In this document: one piece after another, positions 55,798-64,000 of the stretch
Layout: every line of letters begins with the position of its first letter
Numbering within the stretch: the stretch's first letter is position 1
Assembly (NCBI GenBank): GCA_002269645.1
Contig: NIVC01001740.1
Span: 1-64,000, forward strand
Origin: Macrostomum lignano
Taxonomy: Eukaryota
Reading direction: 5' to 3'
Length of the DNA: 64,000 nt
The notes under the pieces: model-generated
The model's input: the letters and a program-made list of their open reading frames with translations, nothing else
Database searches by the model: none
What the model was told of the DNA's origin: nothing
Made by a program: the position numbers and the translations under genes

Positions 55798-58700
55798 TCA
55801 CTTGGCTCTCTTGTGACAGTCGCTAGCGGCATTCTGCAGCACCGGAGCCAACTGCTTCACCTGCGGAAAGCCGATCTTCTCGCTAATATTCCTAGTCTTG
55901 ATCGTCTCCTCATAGTTAAACACGAACACGTGACTGGGGTCGTCTGGGACCAGCTTCCAGCCGTACTCTTCCAGGTACACGGCCAGATGGTCGCGCTTGA
56001 TGTCGAGAATCCGGCACAGCTGGTCGGTTTTAATCTTCTGATAGCTGATGCCAACCACGTGACAGATGAATTTGCGCACAGAATCGGTGAACCCCAAAAC
56101 TGAGCCGATTGCTGGTATACTACTTTTAGTAGAGGCCAGACTTTGCCAGAATTCTTCGAAATCGCACGTCTCCAGCTGGTTGCCAAGGGCGACGACGCTG
56201 CTTAGCGGCTCCTCGCGCAGTTTGTCTGGCTCGATGAGGTACTTGCACAGCGAGAAGTCCGGGTGCGGCAGGTTGGCGATGGCCTTCAACAGGATCTTGA
56301 TGGTCACGTTGGTCTGGTAGTGAGACGGGTTGAACTGGTAGCTGCAAAGAAATAGACAGTTCGAGACTGAAATTAAGACTTTCACAAACAAAAAACTTTA
56401 TCTACTCTACTTATAGTAGGCTATTAAATACCGAATGGAATAATGTGCACGAGTTGTTACATTTGTGCTCTAGCTACAAAGGCGCCCTCTGTATCTGGCG
56501 CCCTCTCTGTAGCTGGCGCCCCCACTGTAGCTGGCGCCCACTCTGTAGCTGGCGCCCCCTCTGTAGCTGGCGCCCCCACTGTAGCTGGCGCCCACTCTGT
56601 AGCTGGCGCCCCCTCTGTAGCTGGCGCCCACTCTGTATCTGGCGCCCTCTCTGTAGCTGGCGCCCCCACTGTAGCTGGCGCCCACTCTGTAGCTGGCGCC
56701 CTCTCTGTAGCTGGCGCCTCCCTATGTAGCTGGCGTCCCCACTGTAGCTGGCGCCCACTCTGTAGCTGGCGCCCTCTCTGCAGCTGGCGCCTCCCTATGT
56801 AGCTGGCGTCCCCACTGTAGCCGGCACTCCCTCTATAGCTGGCGCCTCTTCTGTAGCTGGCGCCCCCCTATGTAGCTGGCGTCCCCACTGTAGCCGGCAC
56901 TCCCTCTATAGCTGGCGCCTCTTCTGTAGCTGGCGCCCCCTCTAGCTGGCGCCCTATCTCTGTCTAGTGCGGCGCTCCGATGTGCCAGCGCCCCAGGCTC
57001 GATTCCAAGTGCAGTCACATTAATATTTGGGGCTAAATTGGAATCTCGGCTTGGCTCTGCTCGTGCAATTAACGCCATTGAGGGCCAACCCCCAAGGCAC
57101 AGTGAAGTGTACATGCCTAACGATAAAAAAAGTTAGGGCCGCTGTACACTCCTGTGTGAGTGTGTGCCTGCGTACGTATCCGCGCGCTTGTGTGCCTGCT
57201 CAGGGGAGTCGGCGGAATAGGCAGTTATGCCTCTCGCCCAGTTGTGTGACAATGTCACTTAAAGTGTGCTTTTTGAAATTTACATTAAGTTCGCCACTAT
57301 GGGACTGTTACAATTGGCGATTTTTTATTTGAACACTCCTAAGTACATGAGTACATAAAAGTAAGCACATGACAAAATTAATTTGGGGCTTGTGTGCAAA
57401 AATAACTCACAGCTTCAGCACAGCCAGGTTGGCCTCGCAGTCGTAGACATTCTCGGTTACTTGCAGTTCAATGTACTTCTCCAGATGTTCTATATTGCCA
57501 GGATTATACCTAGAGTTGTATATATATGGTAAATGTTTTTTTAAATAATTTTTCATATTTAAATAAACTTTGGTAAAATCAGCTTGAATAACTTAATGAG
57601 ATCACAGTTTGCACTGCTTTTTAAATGAAAACTCACAAGGAAGAGTATGAAATAGAAATTTCTTGAGCAACTGAATGGCTAGGTTGGCTATAATAAATAT
57701 TAAAGATACCAAACTAAACTAGAAATACTTACAATTATAAACTAAGAAATCAAGTTTATTAGGATCAAGATCCTATTTTACTTTTATATAGGCCCTAGGC
57801 CCTATACAAATATTATGAACAATTCATTTCAACTGTTTAGGATTGTCTATAGATATTCAAATAAACTTAACTATAATTTCATACAACATAGACAACTATT
57901 ATTTAATATTCATCATTTAACTGGCCATTTGCCTATATAGGACTTTATAGAGCCTAAAAGCATCATAATAAATGTCAATGTTTTTAAAGGCTAGAAGGGA
58001 AGAAGCTTTTATACAAGCTAAGCTATCTAAGTCTAATAATAGTAAAGGATAAACATAACTTGAATTGAAAGTACTAAGCTAGGCCTCTTATATCAAAATA
58101 TCATTAAGTTATAATAAGCATTATATTTATATCTTATTAAGCTAGGTACTAAGTACTTAAATACAAGCCATAATCTAAAATATGGTTTTCATGCCAGAAA
58201 TTCTAGCATATTTTTGCCTTTTAACCATAGTTTGGATTGTGTATTAGTGTACACTAGGTTTAATGTCAAAAAAATGACGAGACCTCACTTGTATGCCAGG
58301 TTTATGAGCCAATACAAAAAATTGTCAGTTGACACAATGTATCTGCTGTGTTATGTATGCCAGGACATACTCTAATATATACTAAAAAATGGTTAAGACC
58401 CTTGTATGCTGGGAAATCATGGCATATATGTTGCCTTCTGAACTATGGCCTTTTAATGACTCTTGAGTCTTGGCATATATTAATTTTTAGATCTAAACTT
58501 TGTAGGGCCTATATAATATTGGCATAGGCCATAAAAATGACCATATTGAAGTTTAATATAGCCTATATATAGCCAAATTTTGACCAAAAAGATCTTTTTG
58601 TAAATCAACAGAAATTGGGCCTAAACTAAAATTTAAACAGTATATAACATATAGAGACAGAATAAAACAAAAAATTGCTGAACACTGAATTTATGATTCA

Positions 58701-60925
58701 TTTTGTTATTTTATTTTTAAAAGATTATATTGTAGTAAAAAAAGTTAACAAAGACATACAAGCAACTTTTTATTAACAATTTTTATGGCAATGCTTATTT
58801 TGCCAGCATTGGTCAAATAAGTTTGTTACTATTTAGCTAGCACTGGTCAAATAAACCTATCACTATCTAGCTAGCAGTCCCGACCACTGCTGGTCAAATA
58901 AACCCATCACTATTTATCCGGTAGTCCTACTTATGCTCCATAGTCAAGAAGGTGCACCATGTGTGCCAGAATGAATTTCTCCTATTTTTTTTCTAATGCA
59001 CCATGCGCCAAAGCAATTTTTTTCCTTGCACCATGTGTCAGTGCTTGGAATAGTTAAAAATGTTGTTTATAATATTATAACAATGATGATTTAGCAATAA
59101 GATAGCAAATGGCAAACATCAAATAATAAATGGAAATTTGAACTTGAACTTTGAGCAGTCTTTAATGTTCATAAAAAAATAACAATTTTTGTAAATGTTC
59201 CATAAAATTGTTTTAGGTAAATAAACGATTATTGTTACAGTTACTATAATTGTAACAACAAAATATTCAAAAATACAAAAAATATACAAGCCTATAGCGA
59301 AGGCTACTTGATTATATTATTATTTACTGATCAAAGGAATCTATCCCATGTACCAACTGTGCCAAGTTGCAAGCTGTCATTTTTTTACACCAAATGTGCA
59401 GAGTATGCCAGACAAATGGCTAATTTGCACCAAAAAATTTGGTGAATTCTACTGCCTTCAATTATGGCTTAGACATATGCCCACTGCTAACAAATTATTA
59501 AGTACATTGTAGCAGCTGATAGTCATAAAAGATACAATTAGTCTAATTTTATTACTTGCCTTTTTTGTTTAATTGTTTTCAGAGTGGCCTTAAATATTCT
59601 AGATAATAAATAATTTGTAGCATCTAGATACAAAGAAATAAATTCAAAATTGATGCATTACATTTTCATTTTTATTATTATCTGAAATGATTTATTGAAG
59701 CAAAAAACTATGGCCTTTGCTCAACACCTTAACAAGGACCATTGTATATATAGTTTATACAATGGTCCTTGCAATAATCCATAATTTGGAACACCCTGAA
59801 TGTACGCCAGACTAAAATCTCTCATGCCAAGTGTATGCCAAAAGTTATGAAGAATCTAGATTAATCCAGCGTACCACCTCTCTTCTGGACTATGGCCATG
59901 GGTAATAATATACCTTTATCAAAAAAACCTCAAAATATATTTTTAATATGCAATATGAAAATTTTATAATTTAAGCTTATTTGTGACAAGCTTTTTAACT
60001 AGCATTGACTGGCAATGAGGCAAGACTGTGGCTAAATATTGATGGGTTTAATTATTTGACTGGCAATAAGGCAAGACTAATGGCTAAATAGTGACGGGTT
60101 TATTTGATCAGCAGTTGGCAGGACTTGATTGCTCTGGGTTTTTTTTCATCCATAACTTGGGTGTGATTTTGCACCCTGTGCTAGATTTGAGGGTGCGATT
60201 TTCAAGACCAGGATACGCTGCACTACTGCAGACAAAAACTGGTCTAATACTTAAGATGTCCATAACAGTAAAACACTAAATTGTAAAACCCGCATCACAT
60301 CCTTGCAAAAATTTGGATGCGCTTTTTGCACCCTGAGTCAAATTTCAGGGTGCAATTTTTAAGACCAGGATGCTATTCGCACCCATTTGCACAAAAAACC
60401 CAGTGATTGCTGGCTAAATAGTGACAGGTTTATTGGACTGGCAGTGGCTCAGGACAGCCAGCTATATATTAATGGGTTTATTTGACTAGTGCTGGCTAAA
60501 TATTAGCAAACTTATTTGACCACTGCTAGCTAAATGAGCACTGCCTTTTATTGTTGGCATAGAATAAAAAATTCATTTTTTCATTCTACTATATGCATAC
60601 CATGATTTAGACAATGTATAGGGTAGGCCTCTGCTATAAGCCACACTCAGAAAGGTGTACATTACATTATGGTGTAAAATTCTAGTACATAAAAACAGTA
60701 AGGTGTATAGCCAGTATGGGGCCTACAAATTGGTGCACACAGCACACAGCGAAGGCCTAGCAGAAATTTTCAGCACAGGGTGACAGTGACACAGGCAGTA
60801 AAAGATGATTAGAAACATTTTGCTCACAAATTATGAAATAATAGCAAGTACTAGGCCTACCTATCAATTCCACGTAACAGGGTTGCAATGTTTTCCCTTG
60901 CTTCTTCAATTTCTTCGGATTTCAT
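55798..60925 (-). CDS. EIF3K: Eukaryotic translation initiation factor 3 subunit K, 3 coding exons (60925-60861, 57509-57411, 56341-55798)
   Basis: [22 protein letters not shown]|[33 protein letters not shown]|YQFNP...[21 protein letters not shown]...[19 protein letters not shown]; both introns are phase 2. Confidence 0.96.
56470..56955 (-). repeat. 18-bp minisatellite (CTCTGTAGCTGGCGCCCC), reverse complement of the 52310 array
   Basis: About 26 units in eIF3k intron 2. Confidence 0.96.
56960..57275 (+). mobile_element. tRNA-derived SINE, second copy
   Basis: GGCTCGATTCC B box; body (GGCTAAATTGGAATCTCGGCTTGGCTCTGCTCGTGCAATTAACG...AGGGGAGTCGGCGGAATAGGCAG) matches the reverse complement of 33930-34232. 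Confidence 0.72.
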
Positions 60926-61611
60926 TTTTGACACTTCAGGTTTTGAAAAATTAAAATTAATTTGTTTGTATAAATCTCCAACCTTTATTTGAAATGAGTA
61001 TTGTTTGTTCTTTAGCTAGCACAAAGCACAAAACAACTCGAAAAATCAAGTTTTTGTTGTTCAGGCGGGGGTAAGACGTCGCCTACTCACGTTTTCCTAG
61101 AAATATAGGTTAGACTAGAAAAACAAATATCCTAAATTCTCTTTCTCAGTATTACGTTTTTTTAAAACATTCGCAATTAATTACTGTGTTTTCAAAGCGA
61201 ACTATGATATTTGTATTACTTTGAATTCCTTTTTCGACCATTTATTGTTATAATAGGTGCTCTACAAATAAAATCATATGATTACTTTTTTCGTTTAGTT
61301 TTAGTTATCGGGACACAGCAAAGACTGTAAATAGGGGCATATTATACCTTAGAGGAAGCGCCATGCATGCTGTGAAGGGGCGTCTTGAATACCCATTCAT
61401 GGCTGGGGCATATATAGCTCATTATACTGTAGCTGTATTTTGCTTAGTTACGGACGTACATGTACATGTATATCATTCGATCTATACATTTTCAGCAAAG
61501 AAGATAAGGAGGGGTGGATACATGCGGGTAATAAACGAGGCAAGGCAGTCGCGTGATGAAATTAACGCATGGAGCAATTAAATTCCAGATGTACGTTGTG
61601 GGGATCGTGAT

Positions 61612-62137
61612 TGTTGGAATAAATTAAGTTAATACAGCTCCGTAGGTACTGTACATGTAATTTCGCGTTGCAGCAATCCGACGTAGTATGTGTTTACTAA
61701 TTGCCATAAGTGCCTAGATGATACCCTGTATATGTATGCAATACACAGGTGTGCAATTAGACGCATGCATTGGTGGGTTCAGCACGCCTGTGTAGCATGA
61801 GACAGACCAGACCAGACCAGGCTTATGAGCTAAAGTCTGCGATCCTACACACCTGCACCCCCTCTATTCTGGTGCAGGAATGGTAGGAGAACTCTCCAAG
61901 CTGACTCAAAAGCCGACCCAGGGGTTCACGCCCCGCATGTGTTCAAGGCAGCCCTAGGGTTGCTGGACTGACGCATGGGCTCCGGCGGCGGCAAACCCAC
62001 CGTACCCGTAGTCTTGAACTCGATCTTGGCTGTGTTGGGTACGGGCTCCGCCCGGAAGTGAACCCGTGCGTATCAGCTATCAGGTACCTCTGGCCATGGC
62101 TCTTAGGAACAGGTACGTACACCCTCTGACCTTAACA
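61612..62137 (+). repeat. Putative LTR (526 bp)
   Basis: Inverted termini TGTTGG...TTAACA followed directly by GGGTATGCGGCCAG (PBS-like). No partner LTR in the window. Confidence 0.45.
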
Positions 62138-62701
62138 GGGTATGCGGCCAGTCCGCAGGCTCCGGGGACAGCCTTTTGTCTCCCTCAGGGGCCCAGTGTA
62201 GTACCGCGCTGATGGTCCTTTGATTCGGCCTCTGGTTCTCCAAGCCGCCCGGTCGCTATCTTTTGGCTGGCTGTTGGGTTTGGGGTTACGGCCCAAAAGC
62301 TTCTCATTTCTAGTCCCCATTCGCCTTTCAGCGACTCATGGAGTATTCATTTACCTCCGACACGTCCGAGGTTGCTGGAGCACCAACCGAGGTTGGTACC
62401 GCGGCCCAGCCGGACATTCGCAACACTGGAACCCCGGTGCCTCCCAGTCAGCCCCTGCCGCCGCTCAGGACAATACCGAAGCGGCTGGACAACAGGACGG
62501 CGGACCTCAGCCCTCTAAGAAGAAGGCCCGTAGCATTGCTCGCTACAAAGCTTTTCTCCAGCGCAAAGCGGAGGAACGGAGGAGTGCGAAAGCCGCCCCT
62601 CCGGCCGCCTCCGAGGAGGGTGCCGGTAACTCTGCGAATCCCGCGGAGGAGCCGACATCCGACAAGGGGCGAACCCCGCGCGCCGGTCAAAAGCGTCAGG
62701 A

Positions 62702-64000
62702 GTGCAGCGAGTGCTAGCAGGACTGACCGGCGTCAAGTGGATCCACGATGACATCATAATCCACAGTCAGGACCTGGAGTCTCACCAGGCGCACGTGGCT
62801 GCCTGCCTGGCTAGACTGCGAGAGCACGGCATCCCCCTGAACGCCAGCAAGTGCCACTGGGGCATCAGCAAGCTGGATCGTACGAAAGGGCCAGGAATTC
62901 GTCTGGGACAGCGAGCAGCAGCAGGCCTTCCAGGCCGTCAAAGACGGCATCTTTGAGAGCTCCACTCTGGCCTTCTTTGACAAGCAGCTGCCGACTGAGC
63001 TGGTGGTCGACGCATCGCCCGTCGGTGTCGGCGCCATCCTGCAGCAGCGACACCACGGCAGCCAGACTCGCCCGGTGGCCTACGCGAGCCGAACCCTCAG
63101 CGACGTCGAGCGGCGGTACAGTCAGATCGAACGCGAGGCCCTGGGCGTCAAGTTCGGTTGCCTGAAGTTCGCGTTTTACCTGGAAGGCTGCCCGCACTTT
63201 GATGTCTACACTGACCACAAGCCGCTGCTCGGCATCTACAGGGCGGACTCTAGGCCGCCGCCCCGACTCGAGCGTATTGTGCTGCAGACCCAGCACTTCT
63301 CGTTTACGCTGCACTACCGCAAGGGCGAGGACAATCCAGCAGATCCCCTCAGTCGCAACCCGCTGCCGAGCACATCGCCCGGCAAAGGCGAGAGGCCGCA
63401 GAGACTCGACTGCTCAACACTGTGGTGCAGGCAGCCACGCCAAAGGGCCTGACAGTCGACAAGATCCGGGCTGCAACCGAGTCGGACCCGACCCTGACGG
63501 CCGTCATGCAGGCGCTGGCAACTGGGAACTGGAGCTGTGGGGCGACAGCGCCAGCGCACAGCTTCCGGTCTCTGAAAGACGAACTCAGCGTCCACGCAGG
63601 CCTGCTGCTCCGAGGCAGTAGAATTGTCATCCCAGCAGAACTGCAGCAGTTGACCATCAGCCTGGCGCATCAGGTCACCTGGACCAGAAAAAAACGTCCG
63701 ATCGACTTCAACGCAAGATCTGGTGGCCCGGCATGATCAAACAGGTGGAAGCCGTCGTCTCCCGCTGCCGCCCGTGCCAGGCGGCCCGGCCTGATGGGGC
63801 CACCAAGCAGCCGCCGATGCAGCCGACGCCTCTTCCGTCGGGGCCATGGCAATCGCTTAGCATGGATGTCTGCAAGCCATTCCCGACCGGCGAGAACATT
63901 GTCGTGCTGGTTGACTACTTCAGCCAATACCCGGATGTCTACGTGGTGCGAAGCCTCACCAGCTCCAGCGTCATCACCTGTGCCATGGCCTCGTTCAGCC
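62702..64000 (+). pseudogene. Degraded Ty3/Gypsy pol fragment (RT C-terminus, RNase H, integrase), continuing beyond the window
   Basis: VKWIHDDIII; VVDASPVGVGAIL, AYASRTLSDVERRYSQIERE, TDHKPL; AHQ(G)H...IWWPGM...CRPC; MDVCKPFP; VLVDYFSQYP. About 60 aa missing near 62878 relative to the first element; frameshifts near 63390 and 63673. Confidence 0.92.

Noticed and set aside
62130-62240. Possible hammerhead or HDV-like ribozyme near CTGATGG
   Set aside because: No CTGATGA/GAAA core, and no consistent P1-P4 pseudoknot found by eye.

Overview
Eukaryotic (animal) genomic DNA: short GC-rich exons with GT-AG introns, AT-rich intergenic DNA and many intronic minisatellites. The style suggests an invertebrate such as the flatworm Macrostomum, but that is inference only. 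Six host genes were reconstructed by hand from splice sites and exon phases: an uncharacterised 2-exon membrane protein (+, 3329-5142); a 10-exon transglutaminase with an intact Cys-His-Asp triad (+, 8792-13808); a ceramide transfer protein CERT (-, PH-FFAT-START) with a second, splice-compatible FFAT+START 3' module; an HPS3-like BLOC-2 subunit (+, 32695-42953); an MFSD2-type MFS transporter (-, 44199-51879); and eIF3k (-, 55798-60925). Mobile DNA comprises two decayed Ty3/Gypsy elements, three hAT-like MITEs with 8-bp TSDs that carry internal tandem arrays, a probable Mutator-like relic with a FLYWCH-like zinc-finger fragment missed by the ORF track, and a tRNA-derived SINE family. The most notable observation is the duplicated CERT 3' module. 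It can be reached in frame from the shared PH exons, and its START core is nearly identical to the first copy (2 differences in 388 bp) while both ends are clearly diverged. Most long ORFs in the track are artefacts of stop-free tandem repeats. No CRISPR array, rRNA or genuine tRNA gene was found.
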